From contig CP060755.1 in NCBI GenBank assembly GCA_023205875.1, forward strand, positions 1 through 64,000: a stretch of DNA of 64,000 nucleotides. Reading direction: 5' to 3'. This DNA is from Chloropicon primus. Lineage: Eukaryota. Under the pieces are notes generated by a model. That model saw nothing but the letters and a program-made list of their open reading frames with translations. It did not search any database and was not told the DNA's origin. The translations under genes were made by a program, and so were the position numbers. This document shows, in pieces, positions 47,848 to 58,511 of the stretch (positions are counted from its first letter, which is position 1; the number at the start of each line of letters is the position of its first letter).

Positions 47848-48368
47848 CAGGTCGCCGTCAGATTCGGGCGGCTCCGCTGAAACGAGAAAAGAAACACGCT
47901 CACCTGAACCACGAATTGCCTCTTGCTGTCCCTGCGCTTTTTCGTGATGTCAACGTAAGAAAACTTGATCCTGTCGCGGGACAGCACCGTGTTCCCGCGT
48001 TCCACGTCCCTGACCAGCTGCTGCGCGCTCGTTCGGAAGGGCTTGGATCTCGTGAAGACTTTTTGCACGTCTCGGAACTGCTTGCACACCATCGCGAAGG
48101 CGAAGACGTCGTTCTGCGGAAGCTTCCCGAGGACTTGCAGGAGGATGTCATCCGGGAGGTTGACCTGCTGCTTTACCCCGAGAGTCTCCGCTTCAGGCCT
48201 CGCCTTCTCCGCGCTCCTCCTCCCCCTCTTCGTCGAAGCGATCGGATGCAACGCCTTCGAGGTGGACGCCCCCACCGACGGTTGCCCCCCCTTGCGCTTC
48301 TTTCCCGTCACCTTGTCCCTCTCCTTGTTCTTCCCACTCCCCCTCGTCCTCCTCGTCATCCTCGTCAT
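46708..48368 (-). CDS. F-box-like plus ankyrin-like (GCPW-type) repeat protein; 2 exons (48368-47904, 47799-46708)
   Basis: NLPDDILLQVL..AMVCKQFR, then repeated AA..G.L..L.WLR..GCPWD units. Confidence 0.85.
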
Positions 48369-48863
48369 CCTCCCTCTCCCTCTCCCTCTTCCGCGTCGCG
48401 TCGCGTCGCGTCGCGTCGTCCTCCAAACCCTAACCCCTCCGGCTCCCCTCCGCTCCCGTCTTATCACCTGAACTGATCTGGTAACGCCCGCGACTTCCCT
48501 CCCTCCTGGCTCATGTCATCCCACGGACAACGCGCGCCCGCCCTCGAGGCGAGAGGACACACTTTGGGGGGAGCCAAGGGGAGGACGAGGGAGAGGGAGA
48601 GAGAAGGAGAAAAAGAGGGAGACAAGGGGCGAGAGGGTGTCTCCAGGGCTTTCAGACGATACCTTGTTCGACACGAGGGGCGTCCTGAGTGATCGGGAAC
48701 ACTTGAACGAACGAACAAGTGTGCTGGATCTCGGGAAGCAAGCGAGAGACCAAGGCGAAGGATGGGGGACCACGAGGGGACCAGGGGGACTGAAACGTGG
48801 AGGGTGGGGCGGTGAAATTGGAAATGGAAAGACGAGAACTTTGTTGAGGGGTGGAGGACCAAG

Positions 48864-51593
48864 ATGCGGAGGTGGAAACCCACCACCGTTCTCATCGTGG
48901 CGGTCGCCCTCGTGGTGGCGGGGCTGGCTTGGGGCGTTGCCGACGGGTCGGAGGTTCCTCTGCAGGTGGAGGAGAGGTGCCCGGGGGCTTGCGGGGGGAG
49001 GGGAAGGGGCATTTGCACGAAAACGGGGTGCTCCTGCCTGGCGGGACACGGCGGGTTGAGTTGCCAAGACGAGGGGGAACGCGCCGAGGCGGTCGCCTCG
49101 CGAGGCGAGGAGGGGCTCGGGACCAGGTTCGGGCGGGCCAGGACCGTGTGCGTTGCGAGCTCCCAGGTCCCGCACGCCTCCCTGTCGGAGGAGGTTGCCT
49201 TCGCCATCCCGGGTTTCCCCGTGGCGAGCGACCTCGCCGCCCGAGGGTACCTGGTGACTCTCGTCTTCCTGGCCCTGAACGGCGGGCCAGACCGCCGCCT
49301 GGTCGAAGGGTGGACCCAGCAGCTCGCTTCGGACAACAACATCGAGCTCAAAGTGTTGTCGAAGACGCAGCACTATTACATGCCGAGCACGGCGTCTCAG
49401 TCCTTCTCGCTGTACGCCTTCCTCAGGGATCGAGTGAGGGAGCACGGCCTGAAGCCCTTCGACCTGGTGATGGTCCACGACGGGCACGGCTTGGGTTACT
49501 ACCTCGGCCTTGCCAAGGGGCAGGACGAGAGGCGAAGCGGACTGGAGGGCACGAAAGTTCACGTGAATTTGGTGGCCCCCCACTTGTGGCTGGTCACGGA
49601 GGGAGCCGAGTTCGGGGTAACTTCCGTGGACGACATTGAGATCGACTTCATGGAGAAGGAGGCCGTGAGGCTGGCGGACCACGTGTCCGTCCAGCACGGC
49701 AGCATTCTCGCGTGGTGCGAGGAGAGGAAATGGAAGTTCCCGGGGAATACTGGCGTGGGGGCATTCTGGCCTCAGCACCACCGACCAGGCGCCGGGGGCG
49801 GCACGGAAGGGGAAGCCAAAGAAGCCTCGGGATCAGGGGTCCCGAGCATGTGGCAGAGCGTCGATTTGGGGAGGAAGAGGGAGAGGGACGCGACCAGGCC
49901 CTCGCGGCAGGGCAGCCACTTGGTCGTCGTGGTGCAAGGGCCCGGAGGGGGCAGGCAGGGGGCGATGGTCAGTTCCGGCGGAAACAAAAGAAGCAGCACC
50001 AACTTCCAAGTCAGCGAGGAGTTCAAGTACGAGATGATGGAGCGAGACTTGGACACTCTGGAGGACCTGGCTTGGAAGCTGGCAACAGACGAAGCAGCGG
50101 CAGGCCTTCTGAAGGGAGTCACTGTTCTCCTCGCTGGGATCGAGGACAGGTCCCTTCCGCTTCAAATGAAGAGGAGAATCGCACAGGTTGGCAGCGAACT
50201 GGAGGCCGCAATACCCGGTCTTTCTTTCTCCATGAGAGCCTGCAGGTACTCGGAGGCCCTCCAATTTTTGGAGCAGGAAGGCAGTGGGGAGGACTTCAAG
50301 TTCTTTGCTGCTCTGGCAGAGCACCACAGGGACTTGCTCACGTTCGACTGGCTGCATAAACTTGCGAGTCAGGGCTGGGAAACGGTGTTCCTCTCCAATT
50401 CGAGCGCGACTCAAGAAATCCTTGCCAGCAGCGTCGGCCACAGGGCAGCGGACACCGCCTTGGCGGAATCGGTCGATGGCGTGATCTCACAGTTCGTTCG
50501 CTCCTCGCGCGAGCCGCGGGAAAGAGAGGGTCCCCGGGCACCTGGGGCATCAGGCTTCCTTTCCAACCGCGTCATGCTCCAGGCTTTGTCCTTTCACAAC
50601 CCGGCACTGCCCGCAAAGATGCAGAGCGTGCTCGCGGAGCAGACCTGCATGAGCATCCTGAAAACGTTGGTCGGTGGCCATCCCGGAGCCCGGCGAGGTT
50701 CTTCCCCAGGAAGGGAGGAGTTCCTCCACGCCACGGCACTCCCGTTCGTGAGCGTGGTGATCACTCATTACAACCGCCCAGATTTTTTGGAACAGGCCGT
50801 CAAGTCCGTGACGTACCAGTCCTACCCGGAGGAGCTCCTGGAGCTGATCGTCATCGACGATGGCAGCCCCGACGCGGGGATCAGGGAGAAGCTGGTCTCT
50901 CTGAGCTCGAGGTACCTCTTCCAGTTTCGCGGGTGGAGCGTAAAGTTCGAGCCCAACAGGTATCTTGGGGGCGCCAGGAACGCTGGTGCGGGGTACGCCA
51001 AGGGCAAGTATATATTGTTCATGGACGACGACAATTATGCAAAGTCCTACGAGGTGGAGCACTTTGTGCGAGCGATGGAGGGCACCCATGCCGACGTAAT
51101 GACGTCTGGTTTGGATTTCATCACGGGCAAGTACGAGCCCCCGAGCGAGTCGTGCTCCCTGTCCAGGCACAAGGGCAAGCATCTGAGCGGGCCAAGCCTC
51201 AAGTCCCGCAAGTGCATTCACAGGGAATCAAAGATGAGCCACCCGTTCGAGGAACCTGCGGGGAACAGGACCAGCAGTCCCGTCGCGGGCCGCGCTTCCC
51301 CCTCCTTCGTGTTTCTGGGGGCCAGCAGCAACGTCGGGCTCTTCAAGAACTGTTACGGGGACGCCAACAGCTTCTTTCGATCGGAGTCCTTCAGGGACCT
51401 GGGCGGGTACACCACGGACAGGCACGTTGGCTACGAGGACTGGGAGTTTTACTCGAAAGCCGCTTTGGGCGGCTTCAACCTCCAAACGGTTCCCAGGGCC
51501 ATGTACTTTTACAGGTTCACCTCCGGGAGCATGCAGAAGACGACGAGCTACAGGCAAAGCAGAAAGAGGGCCTTGAGGGCGTACACAGGCTGA
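48864..51593 (+). CDS. Secretory-pathway glycosyltransferase: signal/anchor, EGF-like, GT4-like N region, C-terminal GT2
   Basis: CPGACGGRGRGIC..GCSC..G..G.SC, then VSVVITHYNRP, IVIDDGS, LGGARNAG, LFMDDDN and YEDWEF. Confidence 0.85.
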   Translation: MRRWKPTTVLIVAVALVVAGLAWGVADGSEVPLQVEERCPGACGGRGRGICTKTGCSCLAGHGGLSCQDEGERAEAVASRGEEGLGTRFGRARTVCVASSQVPHASLSEEVAFAIPGFPVASDLAARGYLVTLVFLALNGGPDRRLVEGWTQQLASDNNIELKVLSKTQHYYMPSTASQSFSLYAFLRDRVREHGLKPFDLVMVHDGHGLGYYLGLAKGQDERRSGLEGTKVHVNLVAPHLWLVTEGAEFGVTSVDDIEIDFMEKEAVRLADHVSVQHGSILAWCEERKWKFPGNTGVGAFWPQHHRPGAGGGTEGEAKEASGSGVPSMWQSVDLGRKRERDATRPSRQGSHLVVVVQGPGGGRQGAMVSSGGNKRSSTNFQVSEEFKYEMMERDLDTLEDLAWKLATDEAAAGLLKGVTVLLAGIEDRSLPLQMKRRIAQVGSELEAAIPGLSFSMRACRYSEALQFLEQEGSGEDFKFFAALAEHHRDLLTFDWLHKLASQGWETVFLSNSSATQEILASSVGHRAADTALAESVDGVISQFVRSSREPREREGPRAPGASGFLSNRVMLQALSFHNPALPAKMQSVLAEQTCMSILKTLVGGHPGARRGSSPGREEFLHATALPFVSVVITHYNRPDFLEQAVKSVTYQSYPEELLELIVIDDGSPDAGIREKLVSLSSRYLFQFRGWSVKFEPNRYLGGARNAGAGYAKGKYILFMDDDNYAKSYEVEHFVRAMEGTHADVMTSGLDFITGKYEPPSESCSLSRHKGKHLSGPSLKSRKCIHRESKMSHPFEEPAGNRTSSPVAGRASPSFVFLGASSNVGLFKNCYGDANSFFRSESFRDLGGYTTDRHVGYEDWEFYSKAALGGFNLQTVPRAMYFYRFTSGSMQKTTSYRQSRKRALRAYTG

Positions 51594-51720
51594 GAGAGAG
51601 AGAGAGAGGAGGGGAGGGAGAGAGAAGGGAGGGAGAGAGAAGGGAGGGAGAGAGAAGGGAGGCCGAGTATAACTATCATGATGCACTTTTTTTCCAAAGT
51701 CATTCCTCGTATTGTACATA

Positions 51721-52449
51721 TTAGCAAACCGTGTCCGCTGTCTCCAGGACCACGAAGGAGCTCGAGCGCGAGGGGGAGTAGCCCGAGACCATCGAGTAGC
51801 ACGAGAATTGCTCGGGCTTGCTGTGGGCGCACGAGTACGAGTGGGAGACGGAGTGGGTCGCGGTGGCCACGGTGCAGTCCGTGACGCCCTCCGTCGCCGT
51901 CTCGAGGCCGCCCTCCTTCTTGGCGACGATGCCCAGGAAGCTGCAGAACTCGAGGAGGTCCCTCTTTATCGCGGCGTTGAACTCCCCCGCGTTCAACTTT
52001 GCCTGCCCCGTGGCCTGGGCCCTCCGCCCCTCCCTGCTCCCGCCGTCCTCCCCTTGGTCTTCCTTCTCCTCCAGAAAGTCGAGGAGGGAGGCCGTCCGAA
52101 GCCACACGGATACCTTGCTTTGGCTGTCTATTGCGGGGAGGCACTTCCACTCGGTCAAATCCTGCGCGAGCGAGGTCGTTGGGGGAGAGAACCGGCTCAC
52201 GTGATGCTGACGCTGCTTGCAGAATTCCACAAAGTTCTTCTGGACGAGGATATCGTCGTCGGTCGCGTCCTTCGCCGCCTCAATCCCCTCAATCCCGTCG
52301 TCCTCCCTCTCGCACGCCTCAAGGTCCTCAAGGTCCTCCTCAAGGTCCTCCTCGGCTCGTCCCTTCCAGACCCTCCACAACACCTCTCTCAACTCGAGGA
52401 GGTCGTCCCTCACCCCTCGACCTCCTCCCGCTCCCTTGGCTCTCTCCAT
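51721..52449 (-). CDS. Hypothetical protein (about 242 aa)
   Basis: ATG at 52449, codon-biased ORF filling the space between the GT2 and IQ-SAM genes. No family recognised. Confidence 0.55.
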   Translation of the reverse strand: MERAKGAGGGRGVRDDLLELREVLWRVWKGRAEEDLEEDLEDLEACEREDDGIEGIEAAKDATDDDILVQKNFVEFCKQRQHHVSRFSPPTTSLAQDLTEWKCLPAIDSQSKVSVWLRTASLLDFLEEKEDQGEDGGSREGRRAQATGQAKLNAGEFNAAIKRDLLEFCSFLGIVAKKEGGLETATEGVTDCTVATATHSVSHSYSCAHSKPEQFSCYSMVSGYSPSRSSSFVVLETADTVC

Positions 52450-52980
52450 CCTCGCCCACAACCCCAAACGAACCAACCCCTCCTCCTCCTCGAGTACCTC
52501 CTCACCTCCTCAAAGGAGCAACGCAAAAAGCGCCCAAGCACAAGCCACCCGCACAAGCCACGTGCGCGCGCTATTCTATCCTCACTCACGGTCCCCTCTC
52601 TCTTTCTCTCTCTCCCGCCAAATGCAAATGAGAAAAACCTCCAACAACCTGTTCCCTTTTCCCGGGAAATGAAATGAGGAAGAAGAAGAGAAGAGACGGC
52701 GACCGAGCAGAGGCCGAGAGGATCGAGGCGAGGGGAGGGGGGACTGCGCTCCTCGAGGAAGACCAAACAAACACAGAACAACACAAACGACAAAGTGCGT
52801 GTGTCTGCGTCCTGCGTCCTGCGTCTGCGTGTGTTTGTGCGACGATTGGATTGCGAGTAGGAGTCTCTCTTGACCAGGACAGGAGTGCGAAGAGGATCGA
52901 TTGTTTGGTTGTTTGATTGATTGATTGTTTGGTTGTTTGATCGTGGTTCGGAGGCGGGACTGAATTGATTGGTGGGGGAC

Positions 52981-53673
52981 ATGAGCGAAGCGGAGGCGGA
53001 AGCGAAAAAGAAGGCGGCGGAGGAGGAGGCGGGGGAGGGGCAGGGGCAGGGGGAGGACCTCGGCCTGACCGAGGAGGAGGCGGCGATTGTGATAGGAAAG
53101 TACGCCAAAGGTTACGTGGCGCGGAAAGAGGTGGAGGCACACAAGAAGGAGAGGGAGGAGCAGAGGCTCAAGGAGCAGGCGGAGGCGGAGGAGAAGGCGG
53201 CCAGCCTGATCGGTGCCGCGGCCAAGGGACGCCTCCAGAAGAAGAAGTTCGAGGAGTTGAAGAAGGCCAGCCAGGAGGAAGGCAACAAGAAGCCGACCAT
53301 AGACTTCGAGATAGCCCTCTCGACCAAGTTCGCGCTGAAGAAGCTCGAGGCGATGAGCGGCCTCCAGGGCCTGGAGAAGATGCAAGGGGACGCCTCGGAT
53401 CAGGTTGCGATCAAGAAGAGGGTGAAGGCGGAGGTGGAGGGGTGGTCGGGAAGCCAGTGCTCCGACTTCCTGACCTCGGTGACCGCTATGCGGCCCTACT
53501 CGACGGCCTTTTCCGCGATCAACGGCAAAGCGATCCTCCGGATGAGCATCAACAGCCTCAGCTCCATGGGGGTCAAGCAATTCGACCACCAGCGCATCGT
53601 TTGGGCGGCCGTCAAGGAGCTTCAACGGTTTTGCAACAACATCGAATACGTCCCCGCGGATGAGCGCGTGTGA
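52981..53673 (+). CDS. Protein with two degenerate IQ motifs and a C-terminal SAM domain
   Basis: AAIVIGKYAKGYVARK, AASLIGAAAKGRLQKK, and W..SQC.DFL..YSTAF..INGKAIL..L..MGV..HQRIV..AVKEL. Confidence 0.75.
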   Translation: MSEAEAEAKKKAAEEEAGEGQGQGEDLGLTEEEAAIVIGKYAKGYVARKEVEAHKKEREEQRLKEQAEAEEKAASLIGAAAKGRLQKKKFEELKKASQEEGNKKPTIDFEIALSTKFALKKLEAMSGLQGLEKMQGDASDQVAIKKRVKAEVEGWSGSQCSDFLTSVTAMRPYSTAFSAINGKAILRMSINSLSSMGVKQFDHQRIVWAAVKELQRFCNNIEYVPADERV

Positions 53674-53769
53674 TAGGTGGTGGTGAGGGGGAGGCCCGGA
53701 GGTAACTAGAAACAAAAAAATAGAAACTAAATAGTCTTGAAAGCTTGTCTTTTAAGTTTGGGGACGACG

Positions 53770-55287
53770 TTAGATGTCCCTGAACAAGTGTGAGTCGATT
53801 CCGTACAGGCCGCCTTGGTTCCAGCCTGCGGACCACACGCTGCTGTCCCCAAAGGACCTCTGCGGTCCCCTGGCCCCCGCCGCGGCGTCCCTGGGCTGCT
53901 CCCCCGCGGCGCCCCTGCTGGGCAAGCGGCCGGGGAAGAGGGAGACCTCCGCGGGCTTCTCCGTGAAGCTGATCTTCGCGCTGAAGTCGTCGAACCTCTT
54001 GCTGTTGCCCCCGCGGCTGCTGAAGGGGACCTTCTCGACGGAGGTCCTCATGAACTGCTCGGCCCTCACGTTCAGGTTGTGGGCCTCCGCTCCGGCCTTG
54101 GAGGACCTGCTGCTGCTGATGCTCAGGATGCTGTCAAAGTCCTCGATGAGCTGCACGGTCCTCTGGTCGTGGTTCTGGACGTCCGGCTCCCCCAGGTTGA
54201 TCTGGATGGCCGACACGCTCCTCCTGGTCCTCCTGGTCTGGTGCTTGGGCTGCCTCGCCGGGCCGGGGAGGTTGGACCTCATCATGGCCTCGTCCCTCCT
54301 GGCGAGCTGCTCGCGGACCTCCCTGATCCCGTGCAGGGACTTTGGCCCCTTGGTGTTCTGCAGCACTTGGAGCTCCGCCACGTCGTACTCCACCTGGGCG
54401 GCGAAGGGGACCTTGGACCTCGGCGGGGGCTCGTACCTGAAGATCACGTTGTCCAGCTTGTGCAGCCTCTTCACGGTCACGTTGGAGTGATTCCCCTCCG
54501 CGAGGTCCTTGTACAGCTGGATGGCGTGGCAGATGATGTCCACGGCGTGCTGCACCACCCCCCGGGCGCCGGCCACGTGGAACTGCCTGGTGGGCCTGTC
54601 CACCTCCCTGTCCGGCGGCTTGTTGAAGCTGTAGATGCTCGCCCCGCTCACCGACTCGATCTGGTGGATGGACGCCCCGTTCGGCCCGACCACGAACCCC
54701 GCCGCGAGGAGGGTCACGCGGAGGACCACGCAGTTGTCCCCCCTCTCGGCCATCACGATCTCCTGCTTGATGTTCTCGGTGCCGATCCCGGCGGGCCTCT
54801 TGCCGGTGGCCCCGAGGCCCTTGTTGGGGTTCGCGGCGCCGCTCGGGGGCGACGTCGGCCTCGTCGCGGGGGGGGCGGCGACCGGCGGCGGGGGCACGAC
54901 CTGGCTCGACTCCACCTGGAGCGTGAGCTTCTTGCCCTCCCTCGCCACCGGCTGCTTGAACTCCCAGGAGATGTTCAGGTCCTCCGGCAGGATTGAGTCG
55001 AGATTGGACTTCGAGTGGTTCAGCTGGGTCTTGGCCGCCACCCAGGACCCCTGGCCGGGCGGTGGGGGGGAGCCGCGGCGGGGCGCTCGGGGGTGGGGAT
55101 TGGCGATCCCGCCGCCCCTCCACGCCTTGAGCACGTCCATCGACCGCCCCCCGGATGAGGAGGACCGAGGAGGGCGACTGCCCTTGCCCTTGGCCCTCGG
55201 CGGGGAGGACGCGAACGGCTGCAGCTGGGGCAGATCCTCGATGTTCAGGGAGATCTTCCTCTCGGAAACCGGCACGCACTTCTCCAT
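53770..55287 (-). CDS. Single KH-domain RNA-binding protein
   Basis: AAGFVVGPNGASIHQIESVSGASI (GxxG loop)..RQFHVAG, flanked by disordered regions. Confidence 0.8.
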   Translation of the reverse strand: MEKCVPVSERKISLNIEDLPQLQPFASSPPRAKGKGSRPPRSSSSGGRSMDVLKAWRGGGIANPHPRAPRRGSPPPPGQGSWVAAKTQLNHSKSNLDSILPEDLNISWEFKQPVAREGKKLTLQVESSQVVPPPPVAAPPATRPTSPPSGAANPNKGLGATGKRPAGIGTENIKQEIVMAERGDNCVVLRVTLLAAGFVVGPNGASIHQIESVSGASIYSFNKPPDREVDRPTRQFHVAGARGVVQHAVDIICHAIQLYKDLAEGNHSNVTVKRLHKLDNVIFRYEPPPRSKVPFAAQVEYDVAELQVLQNTKGPKSLHGIREVREQLARRDEAMMRSNLPGPARQPKHQTRRTRRSVSAIQINLGEPDVQNHDQRTVQLIEDFDSILSISSSRSSKAGAEAHNLNVRAEQFMRTSVEKVPFSSRGGNSKRFDDFSAKISFTEKPAEVSLFPGRLPSRGAAGEQPRDAAAGARGPQRSFGDSSVWSAGWNQGGLYGIDSHLFRDI

Positions 55288-56095
55288 CTTGCTTGCTCTT
55301 CGTCGTCGTCTCTTGATCGATCAAGACAGGACGTTACGTACGTTTTCTTTTTCTTGGCCGACGATTGCAATGAGAGGTGAGGTGAGGTTGAGCAGCAGCA
55401 GCGAAGGCGCGCTGATCGTCCGCGCGTCTCGATCGATCGGTTGTCGTCGTCGTCTGTTACCCTAGCGCGCGCGCGATCGCGATCGGTTTGATTTTGATAG
55501 GATCGTCTCTGGTTTTTTTGGGGGGGAAAGGAACAACCAAGGCAGAGTTGTCTTCGTGTGGTGTTTGATTTTCTTCTCCTCAAGGTGTCCTGGGCGGGGG
55601 CCGGGTGGGGAGGGTGATCGTGTAGAATACGCAGGTTGAACCTCAGGGATACTATCAGGGAAAACTGGGGGAGGACCTCGGCGGCCGTTACGACCGTGGG
55701 ATTTCTACACGCCCGCACGAAGAGGAGATCGAGGAGCGATGGCCCCACGTGGGGCCCACGGGGAGGGGGGGCGGACGGTTTTTATTAGTCCACGCCACGC
55801 TTTGAAAGCGTGGGCGCGTTACCACAGCCCGGATGGTGACTTTACAACCCCAACCCAAACTTCCCGCCAACACAAAAGTTTGAAAACCAAGAAAAGAAAA
55901 GTCCAAACCCTCGTCCCCGAGGAAAAGGAAAAGTCAATCGGTCTTGACGACCGACCGAAAAGAGGATCCGATCCTCTTCTCTCGAACGCGAACGTCGCGC
56001 CTGGCCTGACCCGCCTCCTTTCTTCGCCAGCGCCAGCTTGTCCACAAAACACGAGAGAGAGAGAGAGAGAGAGAGATCGAATCGATCGGAGGGGG

Positions 56096-57658
56096 ATGAG
56101 GCCCGCTGCTGCTGCGGGAGAGAGGCTCGCGGCGCCGTCAACGTCGGCGTCAACGTCGGCGTCGTTCGCGCGAAGGAGGGGGGTCCCGGGGTTCGGCAAG
56201 GCCCCCCGCCACCTCCTCCTACGACGACGACGAGGACTCGCTGCCGGTGACGACGACGAGGACCACCACCGCCACCGCCACCGACGACGGACTGATGTCG
56301 TCGTCGTCGTCGTCGACCGCGCCACCCCCCTCCGCGCCACCACCTCGTCCTCCTCCTCCAAGGGAGAGAGATACTCGCCGCTCGAGCGCCTGTACCGGTG
56401 GCTGGAGGACCACGACCTGCCCCGTCGCGCGGCCATCACGGTCGCCGCGGTCCTCCTGTCCCGACTTTGCTTCCTCCTCCCCCTGCCCGGGCTGGACAGG
56501 AGGTTCCTGGCGCAGGTGCTGGAGGCGGGGCCCCTGGGGGCGCTCAAGGACCCGTTCGGCGACCTGCTGCAGACCCCTGGGAACGTGTTCCAGCTGGGGT
56601 TCGGGGCCATGATCTTCTCCTCCATCGTAGTGCAGGTCCTGGTGTCCACCCTGCCCGCGCTGAAGCAGAAGACCAGGGAGGGGGGAACGGGGGAGGCCTT
56701 CATCAAGAACCTCGGGCTGTACATCTTCGCGGCCGCCGCGGCGGTCCAGGGGCTCGTGACGACCCACCTGCTCGGGCCTTTTCTCCTCGCGGGGACGACC
56801 AAGCTGGACCTCCTCGCGACCCTGGTGTGCGGGTCCATGATCCTGAAGACGATGTGCACCCTGATCGACAACTTTGGCGTGGGGGACGGGTTCCTCAACA
56901 TCCTCGTGGCCAACATCGCGGCCGAGTACGCCGTGGTGCTCAGGTTCATCGTGTCCAGGTTCCTGGGCGGCCACATCGCGGCGGGCCACCTGGCCGGGCT
57001 CGCGGCAGCCGTCGCGCTCTGCGTCCTCGCCTCCGTCTGGCTCACGGCCTCCACGGACAACCTCCCGATAAGGTACTACTCGAGGGAAGGGGAGGACGAG
57101 GGGGACAAGGAGGCGTACCTGCCGTTCAAGATCAACCCCACCGGCATGCAGCCCATCATCATCGCATCGTACCTGCTGCACCTGCCCAGCCAGGTCGCCC
57201 TGGCGCTGGGAGGTGGCTGGCACCAGGTCGGGAGCTTCTTCTCCCGGAAGGTGGTGTACTACCCCCTGTACTTCTCCCTGCTGTACTTCTCGGCGTTCAT
57301 CGACATCAACGAGACGTCCAAGGAGATCTCCCTGTACCTCGGGAAGATCGGGGCCATCATCCCGGGGGTCAGGCCCGGAGAGAGGACCACCGAGTTCGTC
57401 GAGTCCTTCCGCAGGAGGACGATTCGCAAGGGCGCCGGCCTGCTCGCCGTGCTCGGGACCTTTTCCATCGCGACGGAGGTCTACTTCAGGAGGCAGATCG
57501 GGATCTCCCTCAGCCTCACGTCCATGCTCCTCCTGGTCAGCGCCTTCATGCAGGTGAGGAGGCAGGTCACCTCGTACAAGCAGGCCCCGAGGCTCGAGAG
57601 GGCCATCGAAGCCTACGAGAGCCTCATCAACTCCTCGATGACGTCGCCTTTCAAGTAG
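56096..57658 (+). CDS. SCY2: Plastid SecY2 (SEC2 translocase subunit)
   Basis: Transit peptide, LPLPGLDRR, FQLGFG, FGVGDG, YLPFKINPTGMQPII, IPGVRPGERT and multiple TMs. Confidence 0.88.
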   Translation: MRPAAAAGERLAAPSTSASTSASFARRRGVPGFGKAPRHLLLRRRRGLAAGDDDEDHHRHRHRRRTDVVVVVVDRATPLRATTSSSSSKGERYSPLERLYRWLEDHDLPRRAAITVAAVLLSRLCFLLPLPGLDRRFLAQVLEAGPLGALKDPFGDLLQTPGNVFQLGFGAMIFSSIVVQVLVSTLPALKQKTREGGTGEAFIKNLGLYIFAAAAAVQGLVTTHLLGPFLLAGTTKLDLLATLVCGSMILKTMCTLIDNFGVGDGFLNILVANIAAEYAVVLRFIVSRFLGGHIAAGHLAGLAAAVALCVLASVWLTASTDNLPIRYYSREGEDEGDKEAYLPFKINPTGMQPIIIASYLLHLPSQVALALGGGWHQVGSFFSRKVVYYPLYFSLLYFSAFIDINETSKEISLYLGKIGAIIPGVRPGERTTEFVESFRRRTIRKGAGLLAVLGTFSIATEVYFRRQIGISLSLTSMLLLVSAFMQVRRQVTSYKQAPRLERAIEAYESLINSSMTSPFK

Positions 57659-57873
57659 GGAGAGGAGTGGCGACCTCCTGACCTTCTTGTTGTTGTACCA
57701 AAACCAAAACCAAAACCAAAAAACTAATAACCATTTGGATTACTCTCCTTGACCAGGAAAAAAATTGTGTGTATATAAATGAGACGCGCGCGCGCGCGCG
57801 CCGCTGCCAACAAACCCTTTTCCCCCCGACCCCTCTCCCTCCCCAACCCCGGCCCCCCGAGACACGCCCCAGA

Positions 57874-58386
57874 TCACTTGAACGAGGTGGCCATGACTTG
57901 AAGTCGCTTGACGGGGTCGAACTCCGTCCTGGTGTTGATGGCCTCCTTCTGCGCCGCGGACAGAGCCTCCTTCGCCACGGACACGTTCTGGATCTTCAAG
58001 TCCTTCATCCTCTGCAGGAGCGAGACCTTCTCCAGCTGCTGCTTGACGTCCTGCCTCCTGTCCTCCAGCTGCCTGGTGTAGTCCGAGAGGGTGGTCTTGA
58101 TCTTCGCGACCTGCTCCTCGGCCTTCCTGAGGTTGACCTTGACGTCGTCGACCTTGGCGGCCATCGCCGTCTCCTTCGCCTTGAGCGGCTCCACCGCCTT
58201 CACCGCCCTCTCGAGCTCCTGCTCCGCCGCGGTCACCGCCCTCCCCGCTTCCCTCACCTCCACGTCTATCGCCTTGACCCGCTGGTCCGCATTCCACATG
58301 GTAAAGTAACACAAGCCCACGAAAGTCCCTCCCGCCAGGACCGCACTCTGCCCCACATACCTCACCGCTCGAACGACTCCACTCAT
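57874..58386 (-). CDS. Hypothetical protein: N-terminal TM plus long coiled coil (170 aa)
   Basis: ATG ORF with strong codon bias, a hydrophobic SAVLAGGTFVGLCYF segment and a heptad-rich remainder. Confidence 0.7.
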   Translation of the reverse strand: MSGVVRAVRYVGQSAVLAGGTFVGLCYFTMWNADQRVKAIDVEVREAGRAVTAAEQELERAVKAVEPLKAKETAMAAKVDDVKVNLRKAEEQVAKIKTTLSDYTRQLEDRRQDVKQQLEKVSLLQRMKDLKIQNVSVAKEALSAAQKEAINTRTEFDPVKRLQVMATSFK

Positions 58387-58511
58387 CCTTCCTCTCTCTC
58401 TCCTCTCTCCGTCCAGTCCCTTGGCCTCCTCCCTCCGTTGGTGTGCGCCGCTCGATCGATCGAGTGCTGGCGCTGGCGCTGCTGCTGGCGCTGCTCTGGT
58501 GGAGGAGGAGG

